From Verrucomicrobiota bacterium (GTDB lineage: Bacteria; Verrucomicrobiota; Verrucomicrobiia; Limisphaerales; CANJXF01), in assembly GCA_038214755.1 (NCBI GenBank), contig JBBQRQ010000091.1:1-20475 (forward strand): a stretch of DNA of 20,475 nt, read 5' to 3'. A program made the position numbers and the translations under genes. The notes beneath the pieces were generated by a model that was given only the letters and a program-made list of their open reading frames with translations, had not been told where the DNA came from and ran no database searches. Shown one piece after another: positions 1 through 8,770 of the stretch; within the stretch, counting starts at the first letter, position 1, and each line of letters starts with the position of its first letter.

Positions 1-107
1 GAGAGGGAGAATATTATTCAGCGCTGGAAAATATTCACCGTTTAATGCCTGATGGCGGACCCTGCTGGCAGGTTCCCTCTCCTCGGGGGAGAGGGTTAGG
101 GTGAGGG
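1..107. repeat. REP-like palindromic element of the CCCTCTCC...GGAGAGGG(TTAGGGTGAGGG) type; right arm at 73-107, left arm cut by the window start
   Basis: 73-107 reads TTCCCTCTCCTCGGGGGAGAGGGTTAGGGTGAGGG, a hairpin pairing CCCTCTCC with GGAGAGGG. Bases 1-10 (GAGAGGGAGA) look like the end of the inverted partner arm. Confidence 0.65.
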
Positions 108-153
108 CGAGCAATCTGTCCAACTGAATCGTTCCGGCTAAACCCGGCAGACC

Positions 154-1995
154 TCAAATGGGCGAGCGCCAATCCAAAACTTTCAGTTGAACGGAATAAT
201 TTCCGTTGAACTCGTTGAGTTGCGGAGTGAAGGCGAGATCGAAACTGATTTTCGGCAATGGCGCGTCACCGCAATTCCACCAGACTGCTTCGAAAATTTT
301 TCCACCACTCTCCACCCAAAATTTCACATGTTGATTTTGTTTTCCCATTCGTTGCGGTGAACGTTGGTGCGTCAATCCTCTGGCAACAAAATGCACCGGC
401 GGATTTTTTTGCCCGATGGGTTGAAGGGAGTCCAGTTGTTGAACGCATTCAAAACTTAGTTCGGATAAATTGACTTCGGCGTCGATTCGCAAAACCGGTT
501 GAAGCTGTTCGCGCTTCAAAGTGCGCCGCGCAATTTCGTTCAGGCGAACGCGGAAGGCTTCAAGATTTTTTGAATCAATGGTAAGCCCCGCAGCCATCGC
601 GTGGCCGCCATGTCTGACAAGCAAGTCATCGCAATCCCGCAACGCGCTCGCCAAATCGAATCCGTCAATGCTGCGGCCGGAACCGCGCCAGAGATTCCCT
701 TCGCCGCCAATGATGATCGTCGGGCGATAAAATTCGTGGAGCACGCGCGATGCGACGATGCCGACGACGCCGATGTGCCAAAGCAGTTGGCCTTCGACGA
801 TGACAAAATCTTTTTCGGAATCGAAACGAGCGCGCAACGCGCCGATGACTTCCGTGGAAATACTTTTTTCAATCGTCTGACGTTCACGGTTGCGGCTGTC
901 GAGAGATTTGGCAATTGGCTCGGCGCTGGCGAGGTCGGGCGCGAGTAAAAGTTGCAACGCTTCTTCCGCATTTTCGAGGCGGCCGGCGGCGTTGAGGCGA
1001 GGTGCGAGTTGAAATCCAACTTCGTAACAACCGATGGCGTCGCCGATTTGCGCGACGTTTCTGAGCGCGACGATTCCGGGGCGTTCCGATTTGTTGAGAT
1101 ATTCCAATCCGATTTTTGTCAGGATGCGATTTTCCCCGGTGAGCGGAACAAGGTCGGCGATGGTGCCGAGTGCGACTAAATCCAACAACGGACGTAAATC
1201 GAATTCGTGTGCTTGCGGCCAGCCAAGTTCGCGACCGCGTTTGACGAGGGCGTGAGCGAGTTTGAAGGCCAGGCCAACAGAACAGAGTTCGCGAAATGTA
1301 GCGCAGGCATCTTGCCTGCGAGTTGTGAGGCTCTCGGCTTCGTCGAGAAGAGAGTTTTTATTTTCGTCCAGGGGACGGGATGACTCCGAACTCGCAGGCA
1401 AGATGCCTGCGCTACGAGGGGCGATGCCTGCGCTACCAGTCACTTGCGGATTCACGATGGCGATGGCGGCGGGGAGCGGGTCGGAAACCTGGTGATGATC
1501 GAGAACAATCACATCTGTCCCCTGCCCTTTCAGCCACGCAATCGAAGCGATGGCGGTCGAGCCGCAATCGACGGCGAGAAGAAGTTTCGCCGGAAATTTT
1601 TTTTGACAGTTTTCCACTCCGTCCTGGCTCAGTCCGTAGCCTTCCTCGAGACGATGCGGCAGATAAAAATCCACTTTCCATCCGAGAGCGCTCAGGACTT
1701 CGATCAGCAGCGCAGTGGATGTGACGCCATCGACATCGTAATCGCCAAAAATTACCAGCGGCTCATTTTTTTCCCGCGCGATGAGCAACCTGTCAACCGC
1801 AGCTTCCATGTTCGGCAGCAGAAATGGATCGGCCAACATTTTCAATCGCGGTTCGAGGAATTGATTTATTTTTTCCGGTTCGCTGATTCCACGATTGAGC
1901 AGGCATTGGGCAAGGAGCGGAGAAACGCGTCCGGCTTCTGCGAGGTGTTGCGCGAGGACTGGTTGGGCTGGCGCGATTGACCAGTGAAATTTCAT
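154..1995 (-). CDS. recJ: Single-stranded-DNA exonuclease RecJ carrying an in-frame palindromic insertion of about 45 aa
   Basis: DHH-family motifs GDYDVDG, VDCG, LDHH, LGTIAD and PRLNAAGRL. DHHA1 motifs GSGRS and GGHAMAAG. C-terminal OB-like region. Confidence 0.97.
   Translation of the reverse strand: MKFHWSIAPAQPVLAQHLAEAGRVSPLLAQCLLNRGISEPEKINQFLEPRLKMLADPFLLPNMEAAVDRLLIAREKNEPLVIFGDYDVDGVTSTALLIEVLSALGWKVDFYLPHRLEEGYGLSQDGVENCQKKFPAKLLLAVDCGSTAIASIAWLKGQGTDVIVLDHHQVSDPLPAAIAIVNPQVTGSAGIAPRSAGILPASSESSRPLDENKNSLLDEAESLTTRRQDACATFRELCSVGLAFKLAHALVKRGRELGWPQAHEFDLRPLLDLVALGTIADLVPLTGENRILTKIGLEYLNKSERPGIVALRNVAQIGDAIGCYEVGFQLAPRLNAAGRLENAEEALQLLLAPDLASAEPIAKSLDSRNRERQTIEKSISTEVIGALRARFDSEKDFVIVEGQLLWHIGVVGIVASRVLHEFYRPTIIIGGEGNLWRGSGRSIDGFDLASALRDCDDLLVRHGGHAMAAGLTIDSKNLEAFRVRLNEIARRTLKREQLQPVLRIDAEVNLSELSFECVQQLDSLQPIGQKNPPVHFVARGLTHQRSPQRMGKQNQHVKFWVESGGKIFEAVWWNCGDAPLPKISFDLAFTPQLNEFNGNYSVQLKVLDWRSPI
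1298..1436. repeat. GTAG-type REP doublet inside recJ
   Basis: Perfect 27-bp inverted repeat: GTAGCGCAGGCATCTTGCCTGCGAGTT (1298-1324) and 1389-1415. An extra partial copy GATGCCTGCGCTAC lies at 1423-1436. Confidence 0.92.
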
Positions 1996-2008
1996 TTTGA
2001 ATCACCAA

Positions 2009-2103
2009 GGAGCGCGGACAGCTTTGTCCGCGTGAATTGGGAGAAACCGCACGCCACGATTTGATCTCGTTTCAACACTCGCGGACAAGGCTGTCCGCGC
2101 TCC
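2009..2103. repeat. GGAG-type REP doublet between the TerC gene and recJ
   Basis: GGAGCGCGGACAGCTTTGTCCGCGTG (2009-2034) is inverted at 2078-2103 with 24/26 matches. Each arm is itself a 7-bp hairpin. Confidence 0.9.
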
Positions 2104-2117
2104 GTCAAGATACGCAC

Positions 2118-3062
2118 TCACGAAGTTTTCCCCCGCGCTCGGTATCCGACAATGATGGAAGCCAACATTGAAATGCCGATAATTGCCGCCACGACGAGAA
2201 GCGACACGACTATCGAAATGTGAATATTCCATTTTTCCACGAGCATTTTTACGCCGATAAAAATCAGGACGACGGACAGGCCGGTTTTTAAAAAACGGAA
2301 ATAGCCGATGGCGTTGGCGAGAACAAAATAAAGCGAGCGCAATCCGAGAATGGCAAAGACGTTCGAGGTAAAGACGATGAATGGTTTTTGGGTCACCGCG
2401 AAAATGGCCGGGATGGAATCGACCGCGAAAATCAGATCAGTCGTTTCGACCATAACCAGAACGAGAGCAAGCGGCGTCAACGCGGTTCGATTGTTTAACT
2501 TCGTGACAAATTTTTGACCGTCGAAGTCCGACGTGACCGGAAAGAGTTTTCGAGTGAGGCGGATCATCAAATTTTTTTCTGGATGAACTCCTTCGTCGGA
2601 GGAAAAAAGCATTTTGATCCCGGTGACGACGAGAAATCCGCCGAGGAGAAAAAGCATCCAGTGAAATTTCTGGATGAGCGCCGCGCCGACGCCGATCATC
2701 ACCCCACGCATGATCAGCGCTCCTAAAATTCCCCAAAATAAAACTCGGTGCTGGAAGAGAAGCGGGACGCGGAAGTAGCCGAAGATGAGCGCGATGACGA
2801 AGACGTTATCCATCGAAAGAGAAAGTTCGATGATGTAGCCGGTGACGAATTCGAGAGTCTCCTGTTTATCGCGCCAGAAAAATAATGCGCCGGCAAAAAC
2901 CATCGTGACGGCAAACCAGACGAGCGTCCAGAGAAGGGCTTCCTTGAATTTTACGACGTGCGCGGCGCGATGAAAAACCCCAAGGTCAAGGGCGAGAAAA
3001 ATTAGAACTACGACGATGAAGCCGCCCCAGTGCCAGGGGGTGATTGCAGCGAGAGCGAGCAC
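2118..3062 (-). CDS. TerC/Alx family integral membrane protein
   Basis: GTG start. Motifs ELSLSMDNVFV, QHRVLFWGILGALIMR, ETTDLIFAVDSIPAIFAVT and FTSNVFAILGLRSLYF. Multiple hydrophobic helices. Confidence 0.95.
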   Translation of the reverse strand: MLALAAITPWHWGGFIVVVLIFLALDLGVFHRAAHVVKFKEALLWTLVWFAVTMVFAGALFFWRDKQETLEFVTGYIIELSLSMDNVFVIALIFGYFRVPLLFQHRVLFWGILGALIMRGVMIGVGAALIQKFHWMLFLLGGFLVVTGIKMLFSSDEGVHPEKNLMIRLTRKLFPVTSDFDGQKFVTKLNNRTALTPLALVLVMVETTDLIFAVDSIPAIFAVTQKPFIVFTSNVFAILGLRSLYFVLANAIGYFRFLKTGLSVVLIFIGVKMLVEKWNIHISIVVSLLVVAAIIGISMLASIIVGYRARGKTS

Positions 3063-3070
3063 GGTGGTGA

Positions 3071-3102
3071 GGTTTAAAGTTTAAGGTTCAAAGTTTAAAG
3101 TT
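3071..3102. repeat. Heptamer tandem repeat (RGTTYAA) x4.5
   Basis: GGTTTAA AGTTTAA GGTTCAA AGTTTAA AGTT. A near-identical copy lies inside uvrA at 11788-11817. Confidence 0.85.
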
Positions 3103-3112
3103 GGTTCGGCGC

Positions 3113-3434
3113 TGTAGCGGCGCGTCTGGGACCGCCGCATTTAAAACCGAAATCCGAAATCCGAAAGAAGTCCGAAATCCGAATACCGAAAAACGATCTG
3201 CCGCCAACGCTCGAAAAATGCTTTGGACTGCGGTGGCATGACACCGCTTTTCCTGCGCGCCTCGCCGCATTGCGAACTCCTCGAACTGATTAGCGCCCGC
3301 GCCTTCGCCACCATGCAGCTAAAGCGGGGACCTGTCCCCGCAGTCCAAAGTAAAAATTCGAACTTCGGATTTCTTTCGGATTTCGGTATTCGGATTTCGG
3401 GTTTAAAAACGGCGGTCACAGACGCGCCGCTGCA
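3113..3434. repeat. Three nested inverted-repeat elements filling the secDF-terC intergenic region
   Basis: Outer arms at 3113-3138 and 3410-3434 (GTAGCGGCGCGTCTGKGACCGCCG). Middle CCGAAAT-heptamer arms at about 3141-3191 and 3357-3408. Inner arms at 3221-3250 and 3321-3350 (CTTTGGACTGCGG...CCGCTTT). Confidence 0.9.
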
Positions 3435-3441
3435 ACCGGAA

Positions 3442-5958
3442 TTAAACCCGCGCCGTCACCGGACTTTCCACCGTCACTTGCGAAGCGAGTTTCGGTTTCT
3501 CGCCTTTGTGCCACCAGAGAACAATCGAGCTGGCGATGTAAATACTGGAATAGGTTCCTGTGATGATTCCGACCAAAAACGTGAATGCGAAATCGTTGAT
3601 GACCCCGCCGCCGAAAATGTAGAGAGACATGGTCGCGAGAAAAACAGTGCCGGAAGTGATGAGCGTGCGGCTCAAAGTCTGGTTCAACGCCTTGTTCATG
3701 ACGTCGCGCAAACTTCCGCGCATGCCCATTTTCAAGTCTTCACGAATCCGGTCGAAGATGACGACGGTGTCATTGATGGAGAAACCAATAATCGTCAGGA
3801 CAGCGGCCACCATGGGGGCGTTCAGTTCACGGCCCGTCAAAAAGAACCAGCCGAGAGTCATGAGCACGTCATGGATAATTGCGACGACGGCGCCGACGGC
3901 GAAGGAAAATTCGTAGCGGAAAGCGACGTAGATCAAAATACCGAACAGCGCCAGAATGATGGCGAAAACGGCGGACGCTTGAATTTCTTTTCCAACAGTC
4001 GGCCCTACTTTGTCCAGGGCGATGCGGGAAAATTTCGCGTTGGGGAAATCTTTCTCCAGCGCTTGCTCAACTTTTCCGCCGGTGTCGAAGGCGGTGGCAA
4101 TTCGGAGAGTTTCTCCGCCGGTGGAAATGTCCTTCTGATATTGGATGGTCGCATCGCCGACGTTCAATTTCGCTACTTCGGCGCGCAATTGGTCCGCCGG
4201 AATTTTTTCCGCGAACCGCATGGTCAAAACATCCCCGCCCTTGAAATCAACCCCCTTAACTTTGTCTCCGCGATGGAAGCCGTAGCCGATTCCGACAATG
4301 ATGAGCAACCAGGAAACTGCGAACGCAGGTTTGGCCCAGCGGAGGAAATCAATTTTTCCGGGACGAACCAGATGAAGCATCGGTAATTTCTTCAAAAGAT
4401 TTTTGTCGAGGAGAAAATCAAAGATCAAACGGGTCACGACCAACGCAGTGAACAAACTCAGTGCGACTCCGATGGTGAGAGTCACGCCAAACCCCTTGAC
4501 CGATCCCGTTCCCATAAAAATAAGGATGACCGCCGAGATAAGTGTGGTGACATGAGAATCAAAAATGGTGCTGAAGGCCCGGCTGTAACCGGCGGAGATG
4601 GCGCCGCGCAGAGATTTGCCTGCTGCAAGTTCTTCACGAATGCGTTCGAAAATCAAAACGTTCGCGTCAACTGCCATGCCGATCGTCAACACGATGCCCG
4701 CGATGCCCGGCAGGGTAAGCGTGGTTCCGATGGAACACATCACGCCGAGCGTAATGATGATGTTGAGGATCAGCGCGACGTTCGCAATCAACCCGGCCAA
4801 CATGTAGTAAACCAACATGAATCCGGCAACGAGGATGGTGCCGATGATGGCGGCTTTGATTCCGCTGCGAATGGAATCTTTTCCGAGCGAGGGATCGACT
4901 CCGCGTTCCTCGATAATTTTCACCGGCAATTCCAGAGGATTCTCCAAAACGTCGGCGAGTTCGCGCGCTTCTTTAAAATCGAAAGTGCCGGTGATCTGAC
5001 CGCGCCCATTGGGAATCAGACCTTGAATCACGGGGGCCGAATAAAGTTCGCCATCGAGAATAATCGCCAACTGCCGTCCGATATTTTCGCTCGTGACCTG
5101 AGCAAATAATTCCGCGCCTTTGGTATCGAGTTCAAAATCGATTTGCGGCTGATTGGAAATCGGGTCGCGAATCACCATCGCGCGCTTCACGTTTTTTCCG
5201 GTCAACCCTCGGGCGGTTTTTTTCTGAACCAAGTAGGACTCGATCGTGGAGGTGTTGTCTTTGTTGCGCCTCTTGGTTCGTAAAATATCGTAGCCGGGTT
5301 CCGTGAGCCCCTGGTCAAGTAAGTCCTTACTTTTTTCATGCACCAGACGAAATTCCAGATACGCCGCTTTTTGAATTTTGCGTTTGTATTCTTCCTTCAA
5401 CTCTTCGGACAAACCGGGAAGCTGAATGAGGATGCGATCGCTGCCGGCCGGTTGAATCAACGGTTCGGCCACGCCGAATTTATCAATGCGCTTTCGCAAA
5501 ACTTCCACGGCTTGCGAGAGCGCGTGTTCCTTCGCCTCGCCGCGCGTCAGCACATTGGTGTCGGAAATTTCCAACTTGCTCGTGTCCATCCCGACGAGGA
5601 ATGAAGTGCCGCCTTGCAAATCGAGGCCGAGCTTGATTTTCCCCGCCGCATTTTTTTGCAACCGATTTAAAATGGACTGGGTTGCATCCAGTTCCGCCTT
5701 CGTATCGATAAAAGTGAAATACCGTTTGATGTCGTTCGTCCCGATGGCTTCTCTCAAACTGCTGTAGGAACGGGCGGGATCATTGCCGCGCAATTCTTCC
5801 GCCCGCTTGACGATGGCCGTAAAGTTGGTGTCGGTTTGCATCGCGTCGTCTTTGAACTGCTCGATGAGATCGCGACTGGTTGGCGGATACATTTGCCAGA
5901 GTGACCAGACCACGAGAAAAACGACGAAGGCCCACTTCCAAAAATTATTGCGCTTCAT
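3442..5958 (-). CDS. secDF: Fused protein translocase subunit SecDF
   Basis: SecD motifs LGLDLQGG, GPSLG-like DPSLG and IGMAVDANVLIFERIREE. SecF motifs GVDFKGG, VGPTVG and GFSINDTVVIFDRIRE. All are in one ORF directly downstream of yajC. Confidence 0.97.
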   Translation of the reverse strand: MKRNNFWKWAFVVFLVVWSLWQMYPPTSRDLIEQFKDDAMQTDTNFTAIVKRAEELRGNDPARSYSSLREAIGTNDIKRYFTFIDTKAELDATQSILNRLQKNAAGKIKLGLDLQGGTSFLVGMDTSKLEISDTNVLTRGEAKEHALSQAVEVLRKRIDKFGVAEPLIQPAGSDRILIQLPGLSEELKEEYKRKIQKAAYLEFRLVHEKSKDLLDQGLTEPGYDILRTKRRNKDNTSTIESYLVQKKTARGLTGKNVKRAMVIRDPISNQPQIDFELDTKGAELFAQVTSENIGRQLAIILDGELYSAPVIQGLIPNGRGQITGTFDFKEARELADVLENPLELPVKIIEERGVDPSLGKDSIRSGIKAAIIGTILVAGFMLVYYMLAGLIANVALILNIIITLGVMCSIGTTLTLPGIAGIVLTIGMAVDANVLIFERIREELAAGKSLRGAISAGYSRAFSTIFDSHVTTLISAVILIFMGTGSVKGFGVTLTIGVALSLFTALVVTRLIFDFLLDKNLLKKLPMLHLVRPGKIDFLRWAKPAFAVSWLLIIVGIGYGFHRGDKVKGVDFKGGDVLTMRFAEKIPADQLRAEVAKLNVGDATIQYQKDISTGGETLRIATAFDTGGKVEQALEKDFPNAKFSRIALDKVGPTVGKEIQASAVFAIILALFGILIYVAFRYEFSFAVGAVVAIIHDVLMTLGWFFLTGRELNAPMVAAVLTIIGFSINDTVVIFDRIREDLKMGMRGSLRDVMNKALNQTLSRTLITSGTVFLATMSLYIFGGGVINDFAFTFLVGIITGTYSSIYIASSIVLWWHKGEKPKLASQVTVESPVTARV

Positions 5959-5963
5959 GAAAA

Positions 5964-6323
5964 TTAAGATTCGCTGGATTCGCCGGCGCGTTCCGTGACT
6001 TCACCAATGGCGGATTTGAGCACTTCCAATTTGGCGTCGGCGGAACGCAGTGAGACGCTCCGCTCTTTGACGGAAATAACCGTCCCGATAATTCCGCTGG
6101 AGGTCACGACTTTATCGCCGGGCTTGATCTGTTTGAGCAATTCCTGATGTTGCTTCGCCTTCTTTTGTTGCGGGCGAATCATGAATAAATAAAAAACAAC
6201 AGCGAGCACTAGGTAGAACGGGGCCATCCGCAGCATTGATTCCGCTGCGGTGGGGGCACGTTGACCGGGCTGCGCGGTAGGAGCGCCCATCGCAAAAATG
6301 GCTGTGACAGAGGAGAGATTCAT
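5964..6323 (-). CDS. yajC: Preprotein translocase subunit YajC
   Basis: FYLFMIRPQQKK...IKPGDKVVTSSGIIGTV signature. Lies immediately upstream of secDF. Confidence 0.95.
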   Translation of the reverse strand: MNLSSVTAIFAMGAPTAQPGQRAPTAAESMLRMAPFYLVLAVVFYLFMIRPQQKKAKQHQELLKQIKPGDKVVTSSGIIGTVISVKERSVSLRSADAKLEVLKSAIGEVTERAGESSES

Positions 6324-6328
6324 ACTTT

Positions 6329-6371
6329 TTTATCGAGCCGATAAATCTAGGGAGCGAAGTCGGTTTGGCAA
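6329..6371 (-). promoter_or_regulatory. Putative sigma70 promoter for yajC-secDF with an overlapping palindrome
   Basis: Minus strand TTGCCA (6371-6366), 16 nt, TAGATT (6349-6344). The palindrome TTTATCG-N3-CGATAAA is at 6329-6345. Confidence 0.45.
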
Positions 6372-6403
6372 GCTTTACGTTGGCAGAATTGGCGTTCGTA
6401 ATT

Positions 6404-6754
6404 TTAACGAATCGGAAGATAGAGAATTCGATTCGCCATCTCAGGCGGGTCGTAAACTTTGGCGGCCAATTCCAAATCTTCAATGCATTGCCCCAGGGTA
6501 ATGCGCAACGGATAGGCAAAAATAATTCCCGCAAAGAATTTTCCTTCTGCCTGACGCAACGTCGCTTCCTGCAACAAATCCTTGTCAAACGTAAAAAGCA
6601 CACGCGCCAGCGAAGTAGCGCGATCTAAAAGTTCCGGATCCGGCAGCGTCGTGGTCAAGTCGGACTGAGAGGTTAAAACATCGACGCTGCGACTTCTCAA
6701 AGCAGTCGTGATTTGCGCCGGCACATGGACGTCCGTATAAAGTCCCAAGCTCAC
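6404..6754 (-). CDS. DUF5615 / PIN-like (VapC45-like) toxin
   Basis: The likely GTG start at 6754 overlaps the upstream stop (GTGA). Acidic PIN-like pattern LYTDVHVP...LPDPELLDRA...RVLFTFDKD...GII. Paired with a DUF433 gene. Confidence 0.82.
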   Translation of the reverse strand: MSLGLYTDVHVPAQITTALRSRSVDVLTSQSDLTTTLPDPELLDRATSLARVLFTFDKDLLQEATLRQAEGKFFAGIIFAYPLRITLGQCIEDLELAAKVYDPPEMANRILYLPIR

Positions 6755-7062
6755 AGCCGTTTCATTCGGGCTTCTAATTCGGCTCGGCTGGGTTGTTGGC
6801 TGGCGGTGCGAAGTTTTTCGACATCGCGCCAATCGGCGTCGATTTGCGCGTCAATAGTCTCTTTGTGATCGTAATAATAGGCCAGGGCCGCGTAAATCTG
6901 GGATAGCGATAAATGAGGATGTTGTTCGCGAATTTCTTCGGCGTTGGCTGCGTAAGAAAGTCTATCCAGGGCGATTTCTTTCACCTTCGTGTTGGTGTCA
7001 TCCACCCAAGCCACTCCCCTTGAATCGAGGTGAATATGGGTGAGTGGTTCAACCGTTGTCAT
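6751..7062 (-). CDS. DUF433 domain antitoxin
   Basis: T.VKEI...EEIREQHPHLSLSQIYAALAYYYDHKETID is the typical DUF433 pattern. Translationally coupled to the PIN gene. Confidence 0.88.
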   Translation of the reverse strand: MTTVEPLTHIHLDSRGVAWVDDTNTKVKEIALDRLSYAANAEEIREQHPHLSLSQIYAALAYYYDHKETIDAQIDADWRDVEKLRTASQQPSRAELEARMKRL

Positions 7063-7068
7063 GCCCGC

Positions 7069-7096
7069 AGATTAAACTCTCCCGCATGAAAAACAA
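7069..7096 (-). promoter_or_regulatory. Putative leaderless promoter of the DUF433/PIN operon
   Basis: Minus strand TTGTTT, 16 nt, TAATCT, 6 nt, ATG. No Shine-Dalgarno sequence. Confidence 0.5.
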
Positions 7097-7207
7097 CTTC
7101 AACTTCCCCCGCGAAATCCGCTCTATCCACCATCAGCATTTGAATGAGCGACAGAGAATGGAAAGAAATCTCGCGCCAGCCGAGGAAGATCAGACTGAGT
7201 CGTCGGA

Positions 7208-8602
7208 TCACAATTCCACGATCTGTTTGTATTCCGGCACGATGACTTCAGCGGCAGATTTCAACGCGCGCAACGTTCCCGCGAACGCGAGCGCTTGATC
7301 TTCTTCTCCATGGATGACGAAAACTTTTTTGATGTTTCCTTGAATCGCTTCGACGTAACGTTTGAGTTCGTTTTTGTCCGCGTGGCCGGAAAAGGAATCG
7401 AGCGAGGCAATCCGCGCGCGAACCGGGTGCGGCTCGCCGAAAATATTCACGACCGGTTTCCCGGCGAGAATTTGCGCGCCCAAAGTGTTTTCGGCGCAGT
7501 AGCCGATGAATAAAATCAAGTTGTTCGGATTGCCGATATTATTTTTCAAATGATGACGAATGCGTCCGGCCTCGGCCATGCCGGAAGCGCTGATGATGAT
7601 GGCGGGTTCTTTCAAGTCGTTGAGTTTAATCGAGTGCGCCACTTCACGGATGTAGGTCAAATTTTCCATGCCGAACGGGTTCGATTTCTCGCGCAGAAAT
7701 TTGGAAATGGTTTCGTTGAAACATTCGGGATGCAGCCGATAAACTTCGGTCGCATTCACGCTGAGCGGGCTGTCCACGAAAATGGGAAGGGCCGGAATTT
7801 GTTTGGCTTCGAGAAGTTGGTGCAGCGTATAAACAATTGCTTGGGTGCGCCCGACGGAAAATGCGGGGATAATTATTTTCCCATTTCGTGCAACCGTTTC
7901 GTGCACGAGCCGCGCCACGGTTTCATTCACATCTCGGGACGAGACATGTTCGCGTCCGCCGTACGTGCTCTCGACTTGCAAATAATCGACACCGGAAACG
8001 GGCTGTGGGTCGCGCAAAATTTCATCGCCGCCGCGACCGACATCGCCGCTGAACAGATAACGAATTTTTTTTCCACCTTCCGTGATGTCCAGAATCACCT
8101 GCGCCGAACCGAGAATATGTCCCGCGTCGGCAAAGGTGACCGTCACTCCATCGATCACCTGGATCGGCCGGTCATAACCCACGGTAACAAATTGCCGAAT
8201 GGCTTTCTCCGCGTCCACCGGCCGGTAAAGCGGCTCGACTGGCGGAAGATTTTTTTGGGCACGCTTGCGGGAAAGATATTCCGCGTCGGACTGTTGGATG
8301 TTCGCGGAATCTTCCAGCATGATCGTGGCGAGATCGCGGGTGGCGAAGGTGCAAAAGATATTTCCATCAAAACCTTGCCGGCAAAGATTCGGCAAATTCC
8401 CGCAATGATCGATATGCGCGTGACTCAACACCACTGCGTCGATGGCGCGCGGATCGAAAGGAAAACAACAATTACGCTCCACCGACTCTTCGCGCCGTCC
8501 CTGAAACAAACCGCATTCCAACAAAAGTTTTTTGCCGTTCAACTCGAACAAATACATGGAGCCGGTGGTGGTGCGGGCTGCTCCGAGAAAATGGATTCGC
8601 AT
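7208..8602 (-). CDS. MBL-fold metallo-hydrolase, beta-CASP RNA-processing family (YSH1/CPSF-like)
   Basis: The true start is most likely MRIHFLGAA at 8602. Motifs LSHAHIDHCG, AGHILGS, FSGDVG, VESTYG, PAFSVGRTQ, SASGM, FSGHAD and VIHGE. Confidence 0.93.
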   Translation of the reverse strand: MRIHFLGAARTTTGSMYLFELNGKKLLLECGLFQGRREESVERNCCFPFDPRAIDAVVLSHAHIDHCGNLPNLCRQGFDGNIFCTFATRDLATIMLEDSANIQQSDAEYLSRKRAQKNLPPVEPLYRPVDAEKAIRQFVTVGYDRPIQVIDGVTVTFADAGHILGSAQVILDITEGGKKIRYLFSGDVGRGGDEILRDPQPVSGVDYLQVESTYGGREHVSSRDVNETVARLVHETVARNGKIIIPAFSVGRTQAIVYTLHQLLEAKQIPALPIFVDSPLSVNATEVYRLHPECFNETISKFLREKSNPFGMENLTYIREVAHSIKLNDLKEPAIIISASGMAEAGRIRHHLKNNIGNPNNLILFIGYCAENTLGAQILAGKPVVNIFGEPHPVRARIASLDSFSGHADKNELKRYVEAIQGNIKKVFVIHGEEDQALAFAGTLRALKSAAEVIVPEYKQIVEL

Positions 8603-8608
8603 CGGCAA

Positions 8609-8636
8609 ATCATGCGACGAGAAAAAGGCGCGGCAA
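8609..8636 (-). promoter_or_regulatory. Putative leaderless promoter of the MBL ribonuclease gene
   Basis: Minus strand TTGCCG, 16 nt, CATGAT, 6 nt, ATG (8602). Confidence 0.4.
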
Positions 8637-8720
8637 GCTTTCAGTAAAATAAAAAGGATGGTCATCTCCCCACTATTTCGACTGAACCGATTTTGATGCG
8701 TTCGAATGGCGCGACAGCGT

Positions 8721-8749
8721 TTTGGACTGCGCCAGTCCTCTGGCGCTTT
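8721..8749. repeat. Single TTTGGACTGCG-type REP hairpin
   Basis: TTTGGACT GCGCCAG TCCT CTGGCGC TTT. The flanks match 3222-3250, but the inner stem differs and still pairs. Confidence 0.8.
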
Positions 8750-8770
8750 TGGCCGCACCGTTGCGTAGGC

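Noticed and set aside
1298..1436. Possible intein or self-splicing intron in recJ (and likewise in uvrA)
   Set aside because: Too short, no C-terminal HN/C-S-T intein junction, and no group I/II intron core. The inverted-repeat DNA explains the inserts.
3141..3408. Possible CRISPR array
   Set aside because: The repeats are 7-bp tandem units in inverted arms, with no regular repeat-spacer periodicity and no cas genes.
3088..3419. Small ORFs with FGFRISDF / KPEIRIPK-like repeats
   Set aside because: These are translations of the CCGAAAT heptamer arms, not genes.
3223..4386. 387-aa plus-strand ORF
   Set aside because: Starts within the nested repeats and runs antisense to secDF. No independent coding signal.
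7550..8647. 365-aa plus-strand ORF
   Set aside because: Antisense shadow of the MBL ribonuclease gene.
8603..8758. 52-aa N-terminal extension of the MBL ORF (MRPKAPEDWRSPK...)
   Set aside because: It is translated REP and promoter sequence. Family similarity and a promoter point to the ATG at 8602.
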